Assembly (NCBI GenBank): GCA_963924565.1
Contig: OZ004614.1
Span: forward strand, 8,122,001-8,186,000
Source of the DNA: Ascidiella aspersa
Taxonomy: Eukaryota
Direction of reading: 5' to 3'
DNA: 64,000 bases
Below are positions 41,001 to 51,215 of the stretch, in pieces; the first letter of the stretch is position 1, and each line of letters starts with the position of its first letter. The position numbers and the translations under genes were made by a program. The notes under the pieces were generated by a model. It saw nothing but the letters and a program-made list of their open reading frames with translations, did no database searches and had not been told where the DNA came from.

Positions 41001-44000
41001 AACAAGAAGCACAAACGAACGTACCAGAGCGTTTCCGCCAGAATAGCAGGGCTTTTCCACCATCACTGCGTCAGCGGGTCCCAGCATGCTGCGAAAGATC
41101 AGGTCCATGCCCCCCTGGGCTCCGTTGGTGACCACGACCCCTACGTCACTCTTTTGGCGGGCGAAGGGCGGCTTGTGGTAGGTGAAGTGAAACTCCTCGA
41201 GCCAGTTTTTAAGGTCTGGGAATCTGATGGAACATGGGATTATTTGCTTGTGACCGGCCAATGCGAACGTATAGTGGAGAGCGATACATAGCCGGTGTCG
41301 TGGTGTTCGACCATTGCCCTAATTTCGTACCACGTGTTTTTTTGTGTGTGTGTCTGTGTGTGTCTGTATGTCTCTGTGTGTGTCTGAGTGTGTCTGTGTG
41401 CGTATGTGTGTGTCTGAGTGTGTCTGCGTGTGTCTGAGTGTGTCTGANNNNNNNNNNNNNNNNNNNNNNNNNNNNNNNNNNNNNNNNNNNNNNNNNNNNN
41501 NNNNNNNNNNNNNNNNNNNNNNNNNNNNNNNNNNNNNNNNNNNNNNNNNNNNNNNNNNNNNNNNNNNNNNNNNNNNNNNNNNNNNNNNNNNNNNNNNNNN
41601 NNNNNNNTAGGAGTCCGTTGGTCTCGACGTTATATGATTTTTCTAGTTATAACTATACAAATTATTTATGGAAGGTAAACCGAAACAGGACGAGACGGAA
41701 CTATTTCATTGTGAACTTAAACAAAACAATAGACAGCAAATGAATGAAACATTTATCTGAATTTAACGTTTAGAATAGAATATGAAAGATACACACAAGC
41801 GCGTTTACAACAACTGTGATCTAGGCCATCAGAACCTGCTTTTTGGCCAACGATTACGACTTACAAATCATAGTAACTCGGAAGCCATTGCACAATAACC
41901 GAATCCAAATGATACAAGCAAGGCAGGTTTGAAAAACAACAAACAACGTTTTCTAGTCGGCTTGCTTGCATCATTGGTCGTCAGATTCGTTTAGTGTGCT
42001 ATGGCTTGCGGCCTTATTAGGTTTTTTGTGTTGTCAAGCGATGGAATACAAATTAGTTGTTTTTTTGGGTTGATGCAAAACTCAGCAAAAAGTTTCGAGC
42101 TGAACCCAATGCGATAGACCACTAGGCCTAAGTGGGTAATTCTGCCAGCTCGTCTACACCGTATATAGCTCTAATGTAGATATACAGTTAAAATCGCCGA
42201 AATATTACTTTTTTTTTGATAAACTGAACGACAATTTCAAACAGATAAATATAGCTATTTTTAATTTTGTAAACGATTTATGTACATTTTTAACCGATTT
42301 TGACTTGAAATAATTTTGACAAATTTGGACCTAACGTGTAAATTTCGACAACATTTTGACTTTAAAAAAAAATAATCGCCCTACTTATGAGCTATAAAAT
42401 CGCACTCACCCTTCAGCCCCGGGGTACTGGACGATTCTAGTCACAGTCTTAGCATCGGTAACAAGTTCCTTTCCGTCGACCATTTTAAAGGTCATTTCTT
42501 GAACGGGAAAAAGGCTGGGGTTGGGCATCCCTGTTCCGAGACTAATAATATCCTCATACTTCATTGCAGTTGTCACCGCTCGCCTAAAAACAACGAGTTC
42601 CGAAAAGCTTTTCGAGCTGGAATTTTGTTGACCCGGTTTTTGAACGTTAGGTTATCTTTTTTGTTTATTTTGACACCTGAGTAATTAGAATTTTCTTAGG
42701 AATAACTGAATCTGCCCGAAACCGAATGGTGAAAACAAACGATTCTGGTTGCACATCAATGATAAAGATTAAAAGTATGCAGAACTTATAGTAAACCGGA
42801 AATTAGTTTCACTAATAAAGACTTGAACCAAAAACATGCCTAGAACTGTTGGTTTGTTTTTATTAGCGTATATATCTTGTCTTATATTGTGTTATGAATT
42901 TAGATACTGACGATGCTTTTATGAGCGAAGTATATTTATCATATTATAACATCCACAACAAAGTTTTCGGTTTACCAAGTTATGTACTTAATTCAATCTT
43001 TATTTTTACACCTCAGTTTCCAACGTATGTATTTGCCGAAGTCATTTTTTCGACTCAAATATGTGGGAAATGAACTATTGGTTTTTATGAGTGGGCCATA
43101 CAACTATTGCGTTAACTGCATTTTGTTTTAATTTTTCTGGTACGTTAATATTATTTTATGCCAATACAATCTACGTGTAGACTTTAGACATAAAGTTGTT
43201 TCCGTATATAAAGCTGGGCAACGAAACAGTATCGTTAATGTCGTTTGGGACCCCGGTGCAAAGTCTACTATGTATACCGTAAATTTTTATTGTATAATAA
43301 AAGCTAGCTATTTTCTCGACAAAAAAACAATGTTTTTTGTGGTAATAATATTATTTTAGAAAATAAGTAACGCTATATGGTAACTGCAGAGTTTCTCGAA
43401 AACCGCGGTGGTCGTTGCACAATGCCACGATCGAAAAAGTATATACCGACTCAATGGTAAAGTAAAATTTACTGGATGGGGTCAAGGCTTCCATGTCACC
43501 ATGTAAGGCCAAATTTCAATTTCAATGCACATAGTAGCCTACACATTGAATATGCTTTTGCAAAACCTTGCTGCAAATATAATTGTAGACTATTAATACA
43601 CCCCAAGGAGTGTGTTGGACCTCAATCAAATATATATTCACTCTTGAAGTATGTGTGCAAGTGCGCTGCGGCGGTGAAAAGCATGTGTGTTGCACTTATC
43701 AAGATTTTATAATAACTATTTTGTCGAAACGGAAGATTTTACAAACACTGAACTGTGTTTAACTACAGGTATTAAGATTTAATTTCCATCAATACAAAAC
43801 TGTTTGGATACGGGTCTCTTATAGTAGGTTGAAACAAAACAATCCAGTTTTAAACGGATATTTTGCACAAAAATCATTTATACAAAATGTAAAATCCAGC
43901 AACGCGGGGACCCTTTCTTTTTGTAGCCTGCTGAACTGGTTCTGCCACAAAAAATATGTTTGGAAATGTTTGCAAGCAAAATACAAAATCTTAGCGCCCA

Positions 44001-44266
44001 CTACAACAGCTTAAAGTACAAACAAAATACTATTTTATCTACAGTTGACACTGTGGTAGTACCTGAGATCAGAAACTCGACAGTTTTTCATGTTTTCAAC
44101 GAAGAATCTGGAAAAAACAACAACGTACGGTTTAGTTTAACCGACCACTCAAATTATATTTTGGTTTCAGTCAGGGCGAAATGTTTTATTGCACAATCGA
44201 CAAATAACATGATAAACATTTTAAGCTATAACTAAGAACTATTTTCTTTCACCTGTCGTAATCCAT
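32003..44266 (-). CDS. AADAT: Kynurenine/alpha-aminoadipate aminotransferase (KAT II)-like PLP-dependent class I aminotransferase, 11 exons, 436 aa
   Basis: Minus-strand exons 44266-44253, 44107-44063, 42583-42410, 41223-41025, 38902-38708, 38111-38046, 37430-37362, 36342-36232, 35567-35441, 34560-34355, 32107-32003 (1311 nt, in frame). MDYDRFF...IISLGTGMPNPSLFP...VQYPGAEGFPDLKNWL...VTNGAQGG...EKPCYSG...IYTVPTGHNPLG...IVEDDPYHFLQY...DGRVVRIDSASK(PLP Lys)IIAAGMRCGW...GLFVW...VIPG...FRLTFS...GLRRLA. May be a lineage-specific paralogue. Confidence 0.9.
32687..33080 (+). mobile_element. tRNA-containing repeat insertion (circularly permuted unit with 5' fold-back), flanked by a 13-bp direct repeat
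   Basis: TTGTACAGTGTTA at 32674-32686 and 33081-33093; perfect 55-bp inverted repeat 32687-32741 / 32776-32830; tRNA-like 32933-33008; homology to 41782-42011. Confidence 0.8.
32933..33008 (+). tRNA. tRNA-like cloverleaf (SINE head or pseudo-tRNA; nominal GGC anticodon, non-canonical loop)
   Basis: Acceptor GCCTGCA/TGCAGGC, D arm GCTC-AGTTGGTA-GAGC (A box), T arm GTGAG-TTCGAAC-CTCAC (B box), stem CGGTC/GACCG with loop CCGGCTT lacking U33 and purine-37; TTTTT at 33014-33018. Confidence 0.6.
33952..34275. mobile_element. hAT (Charlie/Buster-like) MITE with duplicated left end
   Basis: CA(A/G)TGGTTCCCAA at 33952 and 33977; right end TTTGGGAACCACTG; flanks ATATAGTG / ATATGGTG. Confidence 0.65.
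34796..35262 (+). mobile_element. hAT-type MITE with GACTTG subterminal repeats (family reference copy)
   Basis: Ends CAGTGTTGT / ACAAGACTG; perfect 8-bp TSD ACGGGTAC (34788-34795, 35263-35270). Confidence 0.85.
35720..35953. mobile_element. Old hAT MITE
   Basis: CAGGGGTTCTCAAC ... GGTTGGGGACCACTG; no clean TSD. Confidence 0.5.
36947..37329. mobile_element. hAT MITE
   Basis: TIR TAGTGCTTCTTAAAC / GTTTAAGAAACACTG; perfect TSD TCCTAAGG (36939-36946, 37330-37337). Confidence 0.8.
38956..39131 (-). mobile_element. Short internally deleted copy of the GACTTG-repeat MITE
   Basis: CAAGTC repeats; perfect TSD ACCAGAAC (38948-38955, 39132-39139). Confidence 0.75.
39153..39455. mobile_element. hAT MITE
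   Basis: CAGTGGTTCCCAACC ... GGTTGGGAACCACT; TSD not evident. Confidence 0.6.
40600..40955. mobile_element. hAT MITE with AATTAC subterminal repeats
   Basis: TIR CAGAGTTGGAT(T)AATTA / TAATTGATCCAACTCTG; TSD GTGCACAG / GTCCACAG (7/8). Confidence 0.8.
41343..41447. repeat. (TG)n / TGTC microsatellite
   Basis: TGTGTGTGTCTG-type units running into the gap. Confidence 0.95.
41448..41607. other. Assembly gap (160 N) inside AADAT intron 3
   Basis: Run of N. Confidence 0.99.
41782..42011. mobile_element. Headless inverted pair of the tRNA-associated repeat body (41782-41940 minus; ~41947-42011 plus)
   Basis: Reverse complement of 41782-41940 aligns with 33010-33080 followed by 32742-32828; 41947-42011 aligns with ~33013-33080. 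Confidence 0.75.
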
Positions 44267-44924
44267 TCTTGCAGTTGACTTTTCTGCTGATGTCAAGAGA
44301 TTTTCCTTAAGCCGTATAACTATGTAAAAGCTGCAAATATACGCATAAGCTACGTCAATGTTAACGTCTGCTAACCGGACACACGACTGTATCCGCGGGC
44401 GAAATAAATGCAAAGTGAAAGGTGGAACATAAACTTTATTTTGATTTCTGTCAACATGTGTTCACCGCCTATCCGAACCTTTCCAGGTAAAAAATGTTGA
44501 CCAAAACAAATAATTTCTCGATGTAAACATTGCAAAATCTTTTCAAGAATTGTTTTATAACGTGACTCTTAACAAGTGGTTCTCAACGTTTTCCAGTTGA
44601 GTTTCACCTACTGGATTTTCGATACCGATGACCAGCTGGTGCAAAGGCAACCGTCAAATTTACTTATTTGCTATAACCTTCCTTCCAGTTCTAGCTGCAG
44701 ATATGATTAATAGGCGCATTTAAACAATAACAAACTGTTTTAATGACACCATTTTACAATCAAATACTTAAAACTAAAACACAAAACTGTTTAAAAATAA
44801 TGTAATAATGTTTTTTTTCCAAAATGAAAAAGCGATAAATTAAAGGGTGTATTAATCAAAAAACAGCTCCTCTGGTAATTGTAATTGCCTGGTAGCAACA
44901 GTTCATAGTGCTGTAAACAAGGTA

Positions 44925-45310
44925 GAACCCAAGTCAAGTTTTTTAAAAACACAACAAAACCAAGTCCAAGAAATAATACCCCGAAATAATCAGTTGCCCA
45001 ATTAAAATAAGCCTACCAGTCAATTAATTATAAGAGCAAGTCATCTCCAAGTCAAATTACTGATATCAAATAATACGATAAACTATTAAAGTCGGTAAAT
45101 TTGCAATAAGTCAACTAAAACAAGCAACATGTAGCAGTCTAATTATTTCAAGTGCAAAACTTTTTTTTCCCTTAAATAATGTTAATTGAAAACAGTCACT
45201 AAAATAATGTTAATCGAAAACAGTCCAAGTCAAGTATTTTGTCAAAAAGAGTTAAGTCAAGTCAACTAATTTTACCAGAACGATTTAAGTCAAGTCATGT
45301 CATTTATAAA
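44925..45310 (-). mobile_element. GACTTG-repeat MITE family copy (degenerate, reverse)
   Basis: Multiple CAAGTCAAGT / TTAAGTCAAGTCA motifs. Confidence 0.55.
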
Positions 45311-46450
45311 CAGTAAGCCCGTTTATATGCACCTTTCGCAGGCAGATTTGATTAAGGTTCAATCCGAATTGAAAAGCAACCCTTTCTAGCGTCGTAATTA
45401 TATGACGCAAAATTCACGCCAGCTTAAGTGTACAAACTGCACTAATATGCATGTTTCTTTGTCACAAAACAGGCAATTTTTCGGAAAATTTTAAACTACC
45501 AAACACGCTACTGTTTCAACCTGAACTGCGCCAGTTTAAAACCACAGTTGCTGTACGTTATAGTCCAGTATTGTATGCTGCATTTCAGTAAACTTATGAC
45601 GTAGCCTACAACCGAATTTTCGGCTTACTCGTTGCGTTATCAATCTAATGTTGCTTGTTCCTTTTTGGAAAACCTAAAAATGAAAATGCAAGAACTACTT
45701 ACGCGAGTATTATTTAATAATATTTCTTAGCCTATCCAAACCCGCATCCTAACCCAAATAATGTATAGACCAGCGCCTTCATTTTCCTTTTTTTTGATTT
45801 ACAAAGCAATATTTCCACAGCAGTGGCTTTAAGTCAAATCCGAACGATCTGCAAATAATTTCCTGTCACGGCCTTCGCAGGAAAGAAATGTTTTTTTTAG
45901 ATCAACGTCTCGATTTCCTAACAAGCTGACACTTATTTTGAAAGTCGAGCAAAATACTTGTCGTGCTTTATGTCGGGCTTTATCATTATTAACGATTTAT
46001 TCATCGTTTTTTTGTTCTTCTGAATGTGATCATTTACTTTTTTTACCAACGGTTCAAAATTATTTTGCGTCATAAGATCAGATCAAATAAGATCTAAATT
46101 AGAATTAGAACAAATAAGATCTAAATTATAAATTTTAATAAAATAGGTATGAAGTTATTGCATTTTACTATTAACTGTAGCCGAAATAGCCGGCGTTGCC
46201 CAGATTGAAAGGGTGTTTACCAGTTTATCGCTATAGGTCTCCCTAATCTTACTGTGATAAAAGATTGTTTGGCCAACTGGCGTTGTACAGGAACGTAAAG
46301 CAACAACCGCTGGATTAAGCGCATTAATTTGTGAAATCTACCTAAACTTTGTTTGGTTAAATAAAATAAACCAATGAATTAAATATAACGATTATTACAG
46401 TTCATGCAACCAAAAAAATAATGAGATAGCGTTACATACTGGATATAGTG

Positions 46451-47364
46451 CAAGGGTCTCAAACTCAAATTGCTCTGAGGGCCAAATGAGGACGTGTAAA
46501 TGCCCAAGGGCCGCAATTCACAATAAATAAGAACACAATATAATATAAACACATGCAGGCTGGTTTTAGGCTACAGTTATTTGTTCTGGCTACTTTACTG
46601 GCAGCGTTTTTCAAGGACAAGAATCTCGATATCGGGCTTTAAATTGTCAGCAGAAACAAATCTTAGAGTTGCTTGCAGATGTGGACTGCCTAATATTGGC
46701 AAAAAAACTTCTTTTTTTGCAAAATGCTGGTTTAACTTTTTAGTTTTTTACTTTGCCCTGGTAAGCATATTATTTATCGCGGTGCATTGTTTCGAAGTGC
46801 AAACCCTTGTTATACGTTTTCATAACAGCGATCTTCTGCCGGCAAATGAGGCAATAACTAGTACCTCTGACCGCGGTAACAAAATATAACTCCTCCCCCT
46901 TATCTTGAAAAACTTTTCTTTCGTCTGTGATTTTTCTCATTTTTGAAGCAAAAGACAAGTGTAATTTAGCTTTTTAAGCTATAGAAATTTATTTCAATAC
47001 TAGGCTAGAACAATCAAAGCCTACAACTCGACAATCAATTTATACATTTTGAGATGACCAATTACACTAACACCTAACTGACGCACTTTCCAGCGTTATT
47101 GTGACAACTGTACAGAGTTGAATGGGCAATGTGACGTAATAGTAGATATTTTACCGCATAAATGATAGCGTTTGAAAGTAATATGACAGTGAAGTTTGGT
47201 GAGTATAGTTTCAGTTTTTTGAAGCAATTTTAGAGTGAATTTTAACGTTCAAATCTGACTAAAAAAGATATGTGGCTCTTAAATATGGTTAAATACTTGG
47301 AAATCCAAAATTTCTACACGGGCCGCACAAAATGTTCTCGCGGGCCGCGTGTTTAAGACCCTTG
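46451..47364 (-). mobile_element. Non-autonomous SPIN/Buster-like hAT element (internal deletion derivative)
   Basis: TIR CAAGGGTCTCAAAC / GTTTAAGACCCTTG; perfect TSD ATATAGTG (46443-46450, 47365-47372); GGGCCGC subterminal motifs; transposase remnants inside. Confidence 0.88.
46598..46958 (-). pseudogene. hAT transposase remnant: N-terminal zinc-finger region joined to the extreme C-terminus
   Basis: RKITDERKVFQDKGEELYFV...CLICRQKIAVMKTYNKGLHFETMH (SPIN/GTF2IRD2-type N-terminus), stop, then in another frame HLQATLRFVSADNLKPDIEILVLEKRCQ (hAT dimerization-domain end). Confidence 0.75.
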
Positions 47365-50300
47365 ATATAGTGCTAAATAAAGCATAAATATTTTTTGAAA
47401 TGTCAGAAATTCAATTTTAACCCCTAAAGTGTTGCGCAACGTGGCGCAAACGACACGTTCGTTGAATCTATTTTTCATTTAATGATGTTTTTTTTTATAT
47501 TGTACGACGATTGAAAAGCATGTGGCCCACATTGTCAAATTACAAAGACGCTTGAGTATTTTACTGACATGTCACTATAAATGGAACTAAAACAAAACAA
47601 CACAATCAACATAAAACATGTAGGAAGATGTCATTTTATACAATGGTCTCTAATCGTCCAAAAATATTTGCATCAAGAATCTCACCAGTTGAGCAAAAAT
47701 CAGATTCTTAAAAAATTCTCAAATACCTATCGACAACCTTGAGTATTAGAAATTGGTCATCAGGGCGCCGCGACACCCCGGTTGAGAACCACTAAATCCT
47801 CACAATGTTTTGCAAAATATGTGGACCATCTCTTGGCGTATAACAGCATAAAACTTTTCTAACAGCAAAAAACTTTAACGAGATTATCGCACTGAGTGAC
47901 CACATAATTATTTGTAAAAATTATTTTATTTAATCCTAAAACGTTTTTGTCAGGCGAAATAAGTTTAGGCTTACTTTCTCACGTTTAGGAAAACTGTTCC
48001 GTTAAAACGTTTTAAAAAAAAACAAATATAATCCTTTTTTCCTAATAAAACTGGCCTACTAATTTACAGGTTAAAACACTCGTTGTTTCTGAAATGTACA
48101 TGTTAAAAAGGCACTAACTGCCGAATGGTGGCGGCATAGCTTAATAAATTCGGACACGTTGCATGCAGCCCTAAAAGGCGACACCTAACGGCATGGGTAT
48201 TGCCAACATAGGAACTAAGTTGGTAAAATTTCAAAAGCGCACAAACTAATACACACCGACTAGCACCAACGAATATAACAGGAATAGTGACAAATAATCT
48301 ACTTTTAAAAGAAAATATTTGTCGTCTCACAATAGTAAGATAATCAATAAACGAATCGTAAACTATGAGTAATAGGTGGATTGCTTAACTCCTAAATTTA
48401 GCAGTTTAAAGTACAGAAAAACTTTTCACAATAAAACGTTCATTGCCACTGAAAACCACCAAAGTTTTTCAGTGTTACCCAAATTTGAGTTTTACGGACG
48501 GTATACTGCCACGTAATAGCCTATATAGTTAGTTTAAAATTTAGATAACTCTTATCAAACAGTTTAATAAGGTTTAATGGTGTATTATTCCACTGACGTT
48601 TTTCGGAATTAATGTCACAAGGTTACGTCATAAAACAACGATTCCTAAAAACTGTTGTTTTCGATCTAATTAGTGAGCAAAATGTATGTGAACCTTCGTT
48701 TAATCGCGCGAGAAATTTGAGCGTCTCAGTCTGACAAAAATGTGAAAAAGGCAAAACAATATTTCTAGAAATTGCTGCCCAAAATATTGGAAAATCTTGC
48801 CTCACACGAAACAACACTATTGCGAAAGAGGAAAACAGACATTGCCCATTCCTAGAAAAACGGCACATTTTAATGTTGAGTGGTTTTATAAACAACTATA
48901 CCTTTTTTTGATTTTTACCTTCTTTGATAGTTAGTTTTTACGCCCTTAATTAAACATGTGCTATTTTATGGTTTACACTATTTTATGAATGTGGCTTAGA
49001 GTTGGGATCATGCGTTTTTGCCATCTTTACATTGTAAAGCATGAATTTACGAAAATTATTTTAATTACCCTCGAGGTATATGAAATATTCGAAATCACCC
49101 TTTTCTGCATTGTTGACATTCATCAACGTATGATAGACTGCAAACTACAAGCATTAATAAATCTGTTCTTTTTACAAATATAATTGCCTTATTCGAAGAT
49201 TGTTGTTTGTAGCCTATGTTAGGGCGAAAAAATGAAGATCGGGTTTGTGTATAGAGGTAGAGAAGTTATCCAAGTGTTAGATTACGGTACCTGCAAAAGA
49301 TAATTACATTCAACTATATCAGCAAAAATAATAACATTTTGGACAGTATACCTAAATTTTTTTCGTTTTTACATTGACGTTTTAGCAATCTAAATATCTT
49401 AACTGAACTTTTGTAAACCTAAAGGTAACAAAACAAAAACAAGACAAAATCAATTTTTTTAATGTAATGAGAGCTATCTCTCCGTATTTCTTCAAATTTT
49501 TCAATTTTTTTTGCAATTTTGCTAAGAACCAATCTCAATAAGTAACTCAAGCTCTTGTCTTTTACTGCAGTAGGCCACCCACTCAAATCAAACGGTCGAC
49601 CAAGTTTAGGGTCTCGGCTCATAAAGATTAAGTGGTTAAAAGTACTTTTTTTCGTAAATCAGACTCTAAGTAGCCCAACTATAGGTGTAATTACTAGAGA
49701 ATGTCTGGTGTGTAAAGGTGACCATCAAAACGGATAATTGTGGTCATTAAAACGAGGTAATATTTTAAATGTAGGAAATACTTGATAATGAATTGATGAT
49801 GTCGATCTACTCAACCTTTTTGGTTTTGTAATTTAATGTCAAGCTACATTACAGATTCGTGCATATAGTGTACCTCGGCAATACTTAAGTGCCTGTTAAA
49901 AGAAACGTTTCTGTTGTTGGAGAGGCAAAATCACGAGGCACTTTGAGTGAACTGCGAAGCTTTTTGGCAGGCCTATTGTCGGCGCCTTTTAAGAATAAAA
50001 GCCATAAAAAGCGACGTTTCGGGGCGTTTGCCGCTTTCCACGCAATAACGGGCGTTCTCCGTTTCGCACGAACTTCGCAAAAGCAAACACCCGAAGAAGG
50101 TCGGTGCGATATAATGCAGGGCAACACAAAACAACACAAGCCTCATGTGGCGTCACTTAGCAAATAATAAGTTCGTTTCGCACCAATACAGTACAATGAA
50201 AAGGGCGTTATCGCGTAGGTCATGCTACTGCAAAGCAAACGAGAATAATCCGCAAAAAATGTTTAGGACACTCACGCTCGCCCCTTGGGATTCCCTGCTT

Positions 50301-51215
50301 TCCTTAAGGATAAACTAAGAACCGTTAAACCTTCCAATTTATGTCAAATCCATGCCAGAACTTTGTATTACACTGTGACTGGCGCCTCTTTGAAAGAACA
50401 AACTAAAATACTTTTAGATTAACGCGCTTTTGTGGTGACGGATTTTACGGCGCACTTAGGGTGTTTCCTTGTTTACGAAGGTAAAGTGCCTGAAACAGCA
50501 TCAGATCAACAAAGTCGCTAACGTTGGAAATCTTTGGGTTCCGAAGCCGGGCCCCGTAAAAACATCACTCTTAATTTCAGGACAAGTAAGGATGTTTTAA
50601 ATGCCAACTTTGTAAAGAATTAACTAAATGCCAGGAATGTTAATTAGACTAATTTGTTTCTTGTAAATCGTATGTTTTTTGGAGTCCCATATCCGTATAT
50701 TTTTCTCCAAAATTAGATATTCCCCGAATCAATCAAGACTTTTAAACGGTAACATACAGTCATTTTTTCTTATATTTTGCTTGGATTGCTTTGTCTGTAA
50801 ATGAAGTTTTATCTTCCCTGTATAAATAAAACTTTTTAAATAGTAAAATTCTGTCCAGTATCTCCTATATGTTATAAAAGGACGTATCTTTATTGAATCC
50901 AAAACCATTGGCAACAGGTTTCTGCTTGTCGATCACTATTCCGCTGACGCGTATATCAACAACATTAACTCCTATTATGTTGTTCGGATTCGCAAATATC
51001 CATGTAAGCTTTTCTCTACAATTCGATAATGCTCGACACCTAAACTGCAGTCCTTATACTTCAACTGTCGTCCAAAGAAATAGAAGTGATTTGACTGCTC
51101 TACTTTGTATTTCGATTTATGTACAATTCGAATCAGCACAAAGCATATTCGGCCAACAGGATGTGATGTGCAAATGGTCAACATTAAACAGAGATGACGT
51201 CATCTTCAGGTCTCT

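Noticed and set aside
41234-41743. ORFs across the TG repeat and N run
   Set aside because: Artefacts of the microsatellite and assembly gap
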